Assembly: GCA_030141605.1 (NCBI GenBank) | Contig: JAQGDQ010000040.1 | Span: forward strand, 806,001-870,000 | DNA length: 64,000 nt | Reading direction: 5' to 3' | From: Tubiluchus corallicola | Lineage: Eukaryota > Animalia > Priapulida | Shown: piece after piece, positions 20,426 through 29,669 of the stretch | How the letters are laid out: every line of letters starts with the position of its first letter | Numbering within the stretch: the stretch's first letter is position 1 | Notes under the pieces: model-generated | Told to the model about the DNA's origin: nothing | Database searches by the model: none | Seen by the model: only the letters and a program-made list of their open reading frames with translations | Made by a program: the position numbers and the translations under genes

Positions 20426-22447
20426 ATGGAATTTAAAATAGAGTCAGAATATAGGCCTACCGGAGATCAGCCTGAAGCTATCCGGCAACTATCGGATGGT
20501 GTTTTGTCGGGAGCTCCTGCACAGGCTCTTTTAGGTGTAACCGGCTCTGGTAAGACCTTTACTATTGCAAATGTTATCGAGAAAGTGCAGCGCCCAACAC
20601 TGATATTGAGCCATAATAAAACGCTTGCTGCACAGCTGTATGGGGAGATGAAGCAGTTTTTCCCCAATAATGCAGTAGAGTATTTTGTATCGTATTATGA
20701 TTATTATCAGCCTGAGGCATACTTGCCGGTAACGGACACCTATATTGAGAAAGACCTGAGTATAAATGAAGAGATTGAAAAACTTAGGTTAAGTACAACA
20801 TCCTCGTTGTTGTCAGGCAGGAGAGATGTTATAGTTGTCTCTTCGGTATCCTGCCTGTATGGAATTGGTAATCCCGAGGATTTTGATAAAAACGTTATTA
20901 CTATAAAAGTAGGAGAAGTGATGAGCAGAGATGCTCTGCTGCATAAGCTGGTTGATTCTATGTATTCAAGAAGCGGGGTGGAGTTTAGCAGAGGTACTTT
21001 TAGGGTGAATGGCGACACTGTAGATATTTATCTTGCATATGCCGACCATGCTTTTCGTGTTGTGTTTTTTGGAAATGAGGTGGAAGAGATTGCATCGTTT
21101 GATCCTGATTCGGGGCACGCTATTGATGATTTTGAGAATATACAGGTTTATCCAGCAAATATTTTTGTGGTAACGAAAGATCGTATGTTGCACGCTATTC
21201 ACGCCATACAAGATGATTTGATGGAGCGCGTACAGTTTTTTAAAGAGGTAGGAAAGCCATTTGAGGCAAAGCGTATAGAGGATAGGGTAACATACGATAT
21301 GGAGATGATAAGGGAGTTAGGATACTGTTCGGGTATTGAAAATTACTCTCGCTATTTTGATGGCAGACAGGCCGGAACACGTTCATTTTGTCTTTTAGAC
21401 TATTTCCCCGATGATTTTCTGATGGTGATTGATGAAAGCCATGCTACTGTACCGCAGATTAGGGCAATGTATGGTGGAGATCGGTCGCGAAAGACAACGC
21501 TTGTAGATCATGGTTTCAGGCTTCCCGCTGCTATTGATAACCGGCCGTTAAAGTTTGAAGAGTTTGAGAAAGTTGTCGGACAGGTTATTTATGTGAGCGC
21601 TACCCCTGCTGATTATGAATTGGAAAAGACAGAGGGAGTAGTTGTAGAACAGATAATACGGCCTACCGGATTACCTGATCCTAAGATAGAGGTTCGAGGA
21701 ACTACCAATCAGATAGATGACCTTATAGGCGAAATTCACAATAGAGTGGAGAAGAATGAGCGCATATTGGTGACAACGCTTACCAAGCGCATGGCAGAAG
21801 AGCTGACAAACTACTTTACACGCATGGATATTCGTTGCAGGTATATCCACTCTGATGTTGATACATTGGAACGGGTGGAGATAATGGAGGATATGAGAAA
21901 AGGGGTTTTTGATGTTCTGGTGGGAATAAATCTTCTTCGTGAGGGGCTGGATCTACCTGAGGTGTCATTGGTCGCTATACTTGATGCAGATAAGGAGGGC
22001 TTTTTGCGCTCAGAGCGCTCATTGACACAAACTGCTGGCAGAGCTGCACGAAATCTTAACGGCTTGGTGATAATGTATGCCGATACAATTACGCAATCTA
22101 TGCAAAGAGCTATAGATGGGACGAATAGCAGACGTGCCAGGCAGGTAGAGTATAACAAAAAACACAATATTACACCTAAGCCGATAGTTAAAGCGACAAG
22201 AGAGATTATAGGCTATGAGTACAGGAAGGGCAAGGCAAAGAAGGGTGTAGCGTATATTGCTCCTGAAGAAGCAGATATTGCAGCTGACCCGGTCGTAAAA
22301 TACATGACTCCCAATGCGCTTGAAAAAGCGATTGCCCGGACTCAAAAAGATATGAAAAAGGCTGCCAAGGAACTCGACTTTACGGAGGCCGCAAGGTTAC
22401 GTGATGAGATGTATAAGCTACAGGAATTACTGGAGCAAAAGAGGTAG
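20426..22447 (+). CDS. uvrB: Excinuclease ABC subunit B
   Basis: GVTGSGKT, YYDYYQPEAY, DESH, C-terminal UVR domain. Confidence 0.97.
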   Translation: MEFKIESEYRPTGDQPEAIRQLSDGVLSGAPAQALLGVTGSGKTFTIANVIEKVQRPTLILSHNKTLAAQLYGEMKQFFPNNAVEYFVSYYDYYQPEAYLPVTDTYIEKDLSINEEIEKLRLSTTSSLLSGRRDVIVVSSVSCLYGIGNPEDFDKNVITIKVGEVMSRDALLHKLVDSMYSRSGVEFSRGTFRVNGDTVDIYLAYADHAFRVVFFGNEVEEIASFDPDSGHAIDDFENIQVYPANIFVVTKDRMLHAIHAIQDDLMERVQFFKEVGKPFEAKRIEDRVTYDMEMIRELGYCSGIENYSRYFDGRQAGTRSFCLLDYFPDDFLMVIDESHATVPQIRAMYGGDRSRKTTLVDHGFRLPAAIDNRPLKFEEFEKVVGQVIYVSATPADYELEKTEGVVVEQIIRPTGLPDPKIEVRGTTNQIDDLIGEIHNRVEKNERILVTTLTKRMAEELTNYFTRMDIRCRYIHSDVDTLERVEIMEDMRKGVFDVLVGINLLREGLDLPEVSLVAILDADKEGFLRSERSLTQTAGRAARNLNGLVIMYADTITQSMQRAIDGTNSRRARQVEYNKKHNITPKPIVKATREIIGYEYRKGKAKKGVAYIAPEEADIAADPVVKYMTPNALEKAIARTQKDMKKAAKELDFTEAARLRDEMYKLQELLEQKR

Positions 22448-22539
22448 CAAACTGGGCGTTAATATTGTATAATAAATCTGTGGTAAAAGGAGAAATGAAG
22501 GGATACCTTTTCCATATATTTCTTGTTTAATTGCATAAC

Positions 22540-22666
22540 GAGATTTTTGCAAATCTCATCTTTTTATTAATATTTTCGTCAAAATCCTCATTTATGTCAG
22601 TAAGCGGCATTTTTTATCGAGTTTTTCCTCAACCTGAACCGGAATCCTTCGACCTGTAAAAGTCTT
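22540..22666 (+). repeat. Palindromic intergenic repeat, copy 6
   Basis: GAGATTTTTGCAAA...CTGTAAAAGTCTT; core CTCATTTATGTCAGTAAGC. Confidence 0.7.
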
Positions 22667-22948
22667 GTAATGAATATTGCAACTAGTATAGAAGATGTAA
22701 GGAAATGTATTTCTTCCGTTTGGGTCAGTATTTGACCATTTTATCAATTATTTAAAAAAAAGTTTCATTGTAATCCGTTTTTGCATACTTTTGCCTCCTG
22801 ATATAGACACAAATCAGCACCTGAAACTATTTGTTGATTTGTGGGAGATTTGTAGAGAAGCCTTGTATGTTATTCGCAGAATGCGGAGTAAGTTTGGCTC
22901 GGTTGTAAAGCTGTAATATTCGAGGGTATGATTATGGTAGATAGATAC

Positions 22949-23021
22949 ACGGGTGTAGCTCAGTTGGTAGAGCACTGGTCTCCAAAACCAGGTGTCGGGC
23001 GTTCGAGTCGCTCCTCCCGTG
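22949..23021 (+). tRNA. tRNA-Trp (CCA); 3' CCA not encoded
   Basis: Cloverleaf: D arm GCTCAGTTGGTAGAGC, anticodon arm CTGGT-CTCCAAA-ACCAG, T loop TTCGAGT. Confidence 0.95.
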
Positions 23022-23097
23022 CAAAGTTATCTTTAAGCCGCAAAAATTCTGCGTATTTGACATAGATATGCCAGATTTATATTGATAATCCCAAAAA

Positions 23098-23139
23098 CTG
23101 CCATTTCGACAGTAAAGCTAGTAGCGGCATGCCCTTTGA
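23098..23139 (+). promoter_or_regulatory. Imperfect palindrome plus sigma54-like -24/-12 element before htpG
   Basis: CTGCCATTTCGACAG; CGGCATGCCCTTTGA has GG-N10-GA spacing. Confidence 0.4.
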
Positions 23140-23199
23140 CTATCAAAAAATGGTATAGGTATATATAAAAAATGTTTAATTGAAAAGTTTGTAGAAGTT

Positions 23200-25248
23200 A
23201 TGGAAGGAAAAATTGGCGTAACTAGTGAAAATCTTTTTCCGATTATTAAGAAGTTTCTCTACTCCGATCATGATATCTTTCTTCGTGAGATTGTTTCAAA
23301 TGCGGTTGATGCAACCCGAAAGTTGGAAATACTTGCTTCGGCAGGAAACTATAAGGGTGATATTTCAGGATTAAAAGTGCAGGTTAAGTTGGATAAGGAT
23401 GCCGGCACACTGACAGTATCTGATAATGGTATTGGGATGACAGCTGAGGAAGTTGATAAGTATATAAATCAAATTGCTTTTTCTGGAGCCAATGAGTTTC
23501 TGGATAAATATAAGGATGATACAAATGCTATAATAGGGCATTTTGGGCTGGGGTTCTACTCGTCCTTTATGGTCTCTGATAAGGTTGAGGTTGTTTCCAA
23601 ATCGCATAAAAAAGGTGCTAAGCCTGTTAAATGGAGTTGTGATGGAACCCCTGAGTACTCTTTGGAGGAGACAGATAAAGAGGAGATAGGGACAGATATA
23701 GTAATGCATATTAATGAGGAGTCAAAAGAGTTTCTGGAAGAGACCCGCTTGTCAGAACTATTGAATAAATATTGTAAGTTTTTACCTACGCCTATCTTGT
23801 TTGGCAAGAAAAAGGAGTGGAAGGATGGTAAGCACATTGATACTGATGAGGATAATCAGATAAATGACATTACCCCTGCATGGACAAAAAAACCGTCAGG
23901 ACTGAAAGATGAGGACTATAGAAGTTTTTACAGGCAGCTTTATCCTGTGGGAGAAGAGCCGCTTTTCAATATACACCTGAATGTGGACTATCCGTTTAAT
24001 TTAACGGGGATACTCTATTTTCCAAAGGTGAAAAACACCATTGAGATACAGAAAAACAAAATACAATTATATTGTAATCAGGTGTTTGTGACAGACTCGG
24101 TAGAGGGTGTTGTTCCTGAGTTTTTAACACTGCTGCATGGAGTTATCGACTCTCCAGATATACCTTTAAATGTTTCGCGATCATATCTTCAGAGCGACTC
24201 TAATGTAAAGAAAATCAGTGGGCATATTACGAAAAAGGTGGCAGACAGGCTTCAGCAGATATTTAAGGATGAGCGTAATGATTTTGAAAAGAAGTGGGAT
24301 GATTTAAAGATATTTATCGAATACGGAATGTTGACCGATGAGAAGTTTTATGACCGTGCGCTCAAGTTCTTTCTTTTAAGAAATACAGATGGAAAAGTGT
24401 TTATGTGGGAGGAGTATGAGAGTATTATTAAAGAAAACCAGACGGATAAAGATAAAAAATTGGTTTACCTGTACTCAACGAATAAGGATGAGCAATACAG
24501 CTTTATAGAAGCAGCTAAAGAGAAGGGATACGATGTACTGTATATGGACGACTCTCTGGCAACGCCTTTACTGAACAAATTTGAACAAAAATATAGTGAC
24601 AAGAAGTTTGTGCGCGTGGATGCAGACATAGTTGAAAAGCTTATTCAGAAAGATAACCCGAATAAAACGGAGCTGACTTTGGAGCAGAAGAATGAGTACA
24701 GCCCGATTTTTCAGGCGGTAGTCCCAAAAGATAGTGGCCAGTTTGTTATTGATTTTGAAGATATGGGGGAGGACGAGATGCCATTAATAATAACTCAAAA
24801 TGAGTTTATGCGCAGAATGAAAGATATGTCGCAAATGCAGGCAGGCATGAACTTTTATGGAGATATGCCTGATAGCTACAACCTGGTTGTTAACTTCACT
24901 CATCCTCTTGTAAAGCGTATACTGGACGAGAAAGATGAGAAGCTCTCTACGGATCTTAACAAAATAAATGGAAAAATTGAAACCCAGCAAAAGGAGAAAA
25001 GTGCTTTAAGCAAACTTAGGGAAGGAAAAAAGGAAGATGAAATTCCGCAGGAGGAGAAGGATAAAATGTCGGATGTTGAAAAGAAAATATCAGATCTGGA
25101 AGAGTCTAAACGTAGTATGCTTGAAAAATTTGGCTCGGGTAGTGAACTATCAAAAGAGTTGATAGGCCTCGCTTTGCTGGCAAATAACATGTTGAAAGGA
25201 GAAGAGTTGAGCAGATTTGTCAAACGAAGCATCAAAATGATTAAATAA
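23200..25248 (+). CDS. htpG: Chaperone HtpG (Hsp90)
   Basis: FLREIVSNAVDA, DNGIGM, IGHFGLGFYS, PLNVSRS. Confidence 0.97.
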   Translation: MEGKIGVTSENLFPIIKKFLYSDHDIFLREIVSNAVDATRKLEILASAGNYKGDISGLKVQVKLDKDAGTLTVSDNGIGMTAEEVDKYINQIAFSGANEFLDKYKDDTNAIIGHFGLGFYSSFMVSDKVEVVSKSHKKGAKPVKWSCDGTPEYSLEETDKEEIGTDIVMHINEESKEFLEETRLSELLNKYCKFLPTPILFGKKKEWKDGKHIDTDEDNQINDITPAWTKKPSGLKDEDYRSFYRQLYPVGEEPLFNIHLNVDYPFNLTGILYFPKVKNTIEIQKNKIQLYCNQVFVTDSVEGVVPEFLTLLHGVIDSPDIPLNVSRSYLQSDSNVKKISGHITKKVADRLQQIFKDERNDFEKKWDDLKIFIEYGMLTDEKFYDRALKFFLLRNTDGKVFMWEEYESIIKENQTDKDKKLVYLYSTNKDEQYSFIEAAKEKGYDVLYMDDSLATPLLNKFEQKYSDKKFVRVDADIVEKLIQKDNPNKTELTLEQKNEYSPIFQAVVPKDSGQFVIDFEDMGEDEMPLIITQNEFMRRMKDMSQMQAGMNFYGDMPDSYNLVVNFTHPLVKRILDEKDEKLSTDLNKINGKIETQQKEKSALSKLREGKKEDEIPQEEKDKMSDVEKKISDLEESKRSMLEKFGSGSELSKELIGLALLANNMLKGEELSRFVKRSIKMIK

Positions 25249-25275
25249 GTAAGCTATATATTGTAGACTGCATAT

Positions 25276-25305
25276 TAGAGGGAAGTGTGCTACCACTTCC
25301 CTCTA
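25276..25305 (+). terminator. Hairpin after htpG
   Basis: TAGAGGGAAGTG-6 nt-CACTTCCCTCTA perfect 12-bp stem; weak U tract. Confidence 0.65.
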
Positions 25306-25340
25306 TCATAATTTGGAGACTTTTGTAAAACAGGTTCTTT

Positions 25341-25465
25341 GAAGCCTTTGCAAAACTTATCTTTTTATTGACACTTTAGTCAAAATATTTATCCACGCCG
25401 GTAGGGTGCAATTCTTTTCATTGAATTTTTCTTTAACCTCAAAATGTTTTGACTTGCAAGGCCTC
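25341..25465 (+). repeat. Palindromic intergenic repeat, copy 7 (extra isolated end at 25316)
   Basis: GAAGCCTTTGCAAAACTTATCTTTTTATT...TTGCAAGGCCTC. Confidence 0.65.
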
Positions 25466-25716
25466 TTGAAAAATATTTGCAAAACAAAGGGGCAGTTTAT
25501 TTTGAGAAATGACCAGGATGTATTTTATTTGGTGCATTGATTACTTTATTTATTGATTATAGACTATTGCTTTTAAGGCTGCATCAGATATTTGGGTGTG
25601 TCTGTATTCTTAATGTTTGACTTGCTGAAGCCCTATTACCTGACATCTACTAGTAGGTTTATGCCTTTCTTATTCTGTCTTTTTTATATTATCAGTATAT
25701 TGTTCAACAGAAGAAA

Positions 25717-26487
25717 ATGAATGTAATCACATATAATATAAAGTATGATACTTATAGCAATGAAGCTGATGCATGGTCAAATCGGAAGGATGATGTAGTA
25801 ACTCTTTTAAAATTTCACGGTGCTGATGTTTTTTGTGTTCAGGAGGCGCTTTATGATCAGGTAAAAGATATAAAAAGAGAGATGAGACAGTTTGATTATG
25901 TTGGAGTAGGTCGGGATGATGGAGGAAAAAAGGGAGAGTATTCAGCGGTGTTTTATAATGCCAAGCAAATAGGGTTATTGGATAGTGGAAGCTTTTGGCT
26001 CTCTGAAACTCCTGAAAAGCCAGGGCTGGGTTGGGATGCAGCATATCCAAGAATCTGCACATGGGGAAGGCTTAAAGATATAGAGTCAGGGCAGGAGTTT
26101 TTTGTTTTTAACACTCACTTCGACCATAAGGGTAGTGTAGCGCGTCTGAAATCGGCAAAGCTTATCTGTGAAAAAGTACAGGAAATAGGAGAGGGTAATT
26201 TGCCTGCGATATTGACAGGTGACTTTAATCTCACACCTGAAGAAGAGGCAATTGCTTTTATTTGTTATGAGTGGAATGACTCTTTTAAAGTAAGTGAAGA
26301 GTTGCCGTATGGGCCTGAAGGGACGTTTAATGGATTTACTACTGCTCACCCTCTTGACAAACGTATTGATTATATATTTGTTAATAGCATGGTGAGAGTA
26401 CTGCGATATGCTGTGCTTACAGACTCCAAACAGGGGAGGTACCCGTCTGACCACCTTCCTGTCTTTACAGAGCTAACATTCAAATAA
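25717..26487 (+). CDS. Endonuclease/exonuclease/phosphatase family protein
   Basis: TYNI, QE, NTHFDH, GDFN, IDYIF, SDH. Confidence 0.92.
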   Translation: MNVITYNIKYDTYSNEADAWSNRKDDVVTLLKFHGADVFCVQEALYDQVKDIKREMRQFDYVGVGRDDGGKKGEYSAVFYNAKQIGLLDSGSFWLSETPEKPGLGWDAAYPRICTWGRLKDIESGQEFFVFNTHFDHKGSVARLKSAKLICEKVQEIGEGNLPAILTGDFNLTPEEEAIAFICYEWNDSFKVSEELPYGPEGTFNGFTTAHPLDKRIDYIFVNSMVRVLRYAVLTDSKQGRYPSDHLPVFTELTFK

Positions 26488-26499
26488 CAGGATGCTACT

Positions 26500-27267
26500 A
26501 TGATTTTCAAAAAATGTATTTTACTAACAGTTGCACTTTTTATTTGTGTAGCTGCGAATGCACAAAGCGACTTGTCATCATTTACTAGTGATTATGAGGG
26601 GTATACCTATACTGCCTCTAATAAAAAGCAGTTGAGCTATCGTATCCTCTTTCCTGAGGATTATGATTTGGCGCAAAAATATCCACTTGTTCTTTTTCTA
26701 CACGGCTCTGGCGAGAGGGGGAGTGACAATGAGCAGCAGTTGACCCATGGGGCAGATATGTTTCTGTTGCCTGAAGTACGGAAAGAGTTTCCTGCAATTG
26801 TGGTCTTCCCCCAGTGCCCGAAAGAGAAGAAATGGGCAGCCCCGTCGCTATCGAAAAAGCCAGGTGAAATACCAAGGCTGGTAATGGGAATGCTAAAAAA
26901 AATAGTGCGTGAAGAGAGTGTGGATAAAAACCGTATATATGTAATGGGGCTTTCAATGGGAGGATTTGGAACATTTGAAATGCTTTATTACTGGCCAAGA
27001 TACTTCTCCGCAGCAGTCCCTATATGTGGAGGTCATGACCCTGAAGGGGCTTCAAAGTACGCTAAGTATGTACCAGTATGGATATTTCATGGTTCTGAAG
27101 ACTCTGTTGTACCGGTAAAAAGATCACAGGATATGTATGCAAGATTGAAAGGCTTGAATGCGAAAGTGAAGTATACTGAGTTCCCGGAAGTTGGACATAG
27201 TAGCTGGGTAAATACATTTGCATTGCCCGAGCTGTTGCCATGGGTATTTTCTCAGGCAAAGAAGTAG
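26500..27267 (+). CDS. Exported alpha/beta hydrolase (esterase/peptidase)
   Basis: Signal peptide, FLHGSGERG, GLSMGG, HG..D.VV, GH. Confidence 0.88.
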   Translation: MIFKKCILLTVALFICVAANAQSDLSSFTSDYEGYTYTASNKKQLSYRILFPEDYDLAQKYPLVLFLHGSGERGSDNEQQLTHGADMFLLPEVRKEFPAIVVFPQCPKEKKWAAPSLSKKPGEIPRLVMGMLKKIVREESVDKNRIYVMGLSMGGFGTFEMLYYWPRYFSAAVPICGGHDPEGASKYAKYVPVWIFHGSEDSVVPVKRSQDMYARLKGLNAKVKYTEFPEVGHSSWVNTFALPELLPWVFSQAKK

Positions 27268-27292
27268 ATAATTAAAATAATGATTTACAGAT

Positions 27293-27679
27293 ATGGAGAT
27301 TGGTATTGACGAAAAAGATATTAAAAGGATTGTTTTGGTAAGTGATAAAGTTTTGGTAAAACCTAAAAACCCTCAACAACGAACCAAGTCAGGGCTATAT
27401 TTGCCGCCAGCTGCTGTTGACAAAGAGAAAGTGCTGACGGGCTATGTTATTAAAGCCGGCCCGGGGTTTCCAATTCCGGCTATGACTGCTGAAGAAGAAG
27501 AGAAGTGGAAAGGGCATAAAAAAGAGGTAAAGTATGTCCCTCTTCAGGCATCTCCTGGAGATCTGGCCGTGTACCTTAATAATTCAGGCTATGAAATTGA
27601 ATTCAATAAGAAAAAGTATGTGATATTATCTCACTCATCAATATTGATGCTGGTAAGGGATGAGGGGTTATTTGAGTAG
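27293..27679 (+). CDS. Stand-alone GroES-family protein
   Basis: DKVLVKP, TKSGLYLP, V..GPG; no groEL adjacent. Confidence 0.85.
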   Translation: MEIGIDEKDIKRIVLVSDKVLVKPKNPQQRTKSGLYLPPAAVDKEKVLTGYVIKAGPGFPIPAMTAEEEEKWKGHKKEVKYVPLQASPGDLAVYLNNSGYEIEFNKKKYVILSHSSILMLVRDEGLFE

Positions 27680-27691
27680 TACTGTTAAAAT

Positions 27692-27779
27692 AAAAAACAA
27701 GAAGGAAGCACTTATCGCGGTACCTCCTACTTGTTCTTAAATCTTAACTTTACGTATGAAAAAATTGTTGTATGACAAT
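27692..27779 (-). ncRNA. Candidate sRNA with own promoter and terminator
   Basis: -7-like CATCTTTG (27786-27793, minus); TTTTTTCATAC region; long hairpin plus U tract at 27692-27738. Confidence 0.5.
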
Positions 27780-28014
27780 TGTTTGCAAAGATGTAACATA
27801 TTTAGGTTAACTAGAGTTAAATTATGTTAAAAGAAACTAATACAACAATTTGACATAAGCTTAATCGTTGCAAGGTAAAAGATTCTGATCCAAGCTAAGT
27901 AGTCATCCCTTAAATTAAGCTTAACTCATTTAATGTTAATTATATAAGGTTAGGAGTTTAGCAGGTTGTAGTGACCTAATTTGCAATAATTACTGTAATT
28001 TATATTTGTAAGAG

Positions 28015-28355
28015 TTGCTGTAACTTCTGTGCAAAATCTTGCAGGTTGTGGTGGAAAAATCGCCAAGTCAAAGCCGGATGAACCTTGCAAACTATGCGAA
28101 ATAGAAAAAACTGCCCTTTAAGGGCTTTGATAGAAAAACAGCGAAGGATGGAGCGAAAAACCTTCTCACTGTTTGCGCCTTTTAACAAAAGGTGAGTCTC
28201 GAGAAGATAGCGAAGCTGTCAGTGTCGTTTTTCATCAAAAGCATTTACAGGCTTGATTTTTGGTTCTTTTGTTTTGCCTATTTTGTGTTAGAAACAAGAG
28301 TACACTACTTCAAAAACAACTGTATAATCGTCAACAGAAACTGTACACTTTTTTT
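28015..28355 (+). ncRNA. Candidate large multibranched RNA or structured repeat
   Basis: TATATTTG promoter at 28001-28008; several nested long-range helices; no credible ORF. Confidence 0.45.
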
Positions 28356-28507
28356 AAGCCGCCTCCAGAGGGATTTATTGTGTCCCGGATCAAAATATAA
28401 CAAATAGTAGATTTTGATCTCAACAAAAATTAATTCTTAAGGAACTTAAGTAAAGGCTTAGTAAAGCCTCAGTAAAACCTCAGTTACCATGGTAAAGGAA
28501 GAGGGAT

Positions 28508-28550
28508 AAAAAAAACAGAGTATTGCTGACAGCAGATACTCTGTTTTTTT
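28508..28550. terminator. Bidirectional intrinsic terminator
   Basis: A8-CAGAGTAT-TGCTGACAGCAG-ATACTCTG-T7. Confidence 0.85.
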
Positions 28551-28576
28551 ATTCTTAGTAGACAGGCGTTGCTATA

Positions 28577-28954
28577 CTACTTCACCTCTACATCTTTTTT
28601 ATCGCTTTGCCACAGACCATGTTTTGTGCAAAATGCAGTAGCAGTAAGCTTTAAGTTCTTAGTGGGAACGATATAAAACTCTACCTCTGTCTGTCCAGGT
28701 TCATTGCCAAGAGCCCCTGCCGTAAAATGTGCATGAGCAAGCATCTTTTCTCCGTCCCATAGCTGCACCCAGCTAATGTAATGGTCAAAGTCATCAGGGT
28801 GTGCGTATTGATCACCAATTTTAACTTTAACCTTAAATTTATTGCCTTTGGTTGCTTTATTTTCACAATGAATAAAAGCGGAGTGGCGATCTATGTAATC
28901 TTTTTTTGCCTCCCTGTCTATTTGGGAAATATCTTCATAACGATTTAACTTCAT
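28577..28954 (-). CDS. Superoxide reductase (1Fe neelaredoxin/class II SORL domain)
   Basis: HP...DHYI.W and CTKHGLW iron ligands. Confidence 0.88.
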   Translation of the reverse strand: MKLNRYEDISQIDREAKKDYIDRHSAFIHCENKATKGNKFKVKVKIGDQYAHPDDFDHYISWVQLWDGEKMLAHAHFTAGALGNEPGQTEVEFYIVPTKNLKLTATAFCTKHGLWQSDKKDVEVK

Positions 28955-28981
28955 ACAATTAAGCTTTTTTATTATTAAAAA

Positions 28982-29614
28982 TTAATTGGATGCAAGATAT
29001 TCTGCAACACTCTGGGCTGTAGGCTTCATGGCCTCTTTACCTTCTTGCCAGTCAGCAGGGCATACCTCGCCATACCTTTCGGAGTGACGTAGTGCATCCA
29101 CCGTGCGAATAGCCTCGTCTACACTTCTTCCCAGCGGAAGGTCGTTGATTACGCAGTGGCGTATGATTCCCTCTTTATCAATAAGAAAAAGGCCTCTGTA
29201 AGAAACAGGTACACCATTAAAAACAGTATTACCATCGTCATCAAGATCGTATTCTCCTGCTAATACACCATAATTTTCTGAAATAGTTTTTGAAAGGTCA
29301 GCTACCAAAGGATAAGTAACTCCTTTTATACCTCCGTTGTTTTTGTCTGTGTTCAACCAGGCCAGGTGTGCAAACTCTGAGTCGACTGAGCATCCTACAA
29401 CTGCTGTGTTGCGTTTATCAAATTCTGCTAACTTTCTTTGAAAAGCATGTAGTTCTGTAGGACAAACAAAAGTGAAGTCAAGTGGGTAGAAGAAAAATGC
29501 AACATATTTTTTTCCTAAATACTGGGTTAATGAAAAGTCATTAACAATTTTGTTCCCGTCTACCACCGCATTGGCTTTGAATTCAGGAGCCCTCTTTCCA
29601 ATTAATGTAGTCAT
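28982..29614 (-). CDS. ahpC: 2-Cys peroxiredoxin
   Basis: FYPLDFTFVCPTE and GEVCPADW. Confidence 0.93.
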   Translation of the reverse strand: MTTLIGKRAPEFKANAVVDGNKIVNDFSLTQYLGKKYVAFFFYPLDFTFVCPTELHAFQRKLAEFDKRNTAVVGCSVDSEFAHLAWLNTDKNNGGIKGVTYPLVADLSKTISENYGVLAGEYDLDDDGNTVFNGVPVSYRGLFLIDKEGIIRHCVINDLPLGRSVDEAIRTVDALRHSERYGEVCPADWQEGKEAMKPTAQSVAEYLASN

Positions 29615-29649
29615 AAGTAAATATGTATTATCAGATTAATGAATAAAAA

Positions 29650-29669
29650 TTATAATTATTACAAAAGTA
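29650..29669 (-). promoter_or_regulatory. PerR-like box overlapping the ahpC -7 promoter element
   Basis: TTATAATTATTACAA (one mismatch to TTATAATnATTATAA); TACTTTTG on minus strand at 29662-29669. Confidence 0.65.

Noticed and set aside
27293-27679. GroES without GroEL as a novelty
   Set aside because: Stand-alone GroES-like proteins are common in Bacteroidota
28000-28407. ORFs 28000-28188 (-) and 28192-28407 (+)
   Set aside because: No motifs; sequence is better explained by RNA helices
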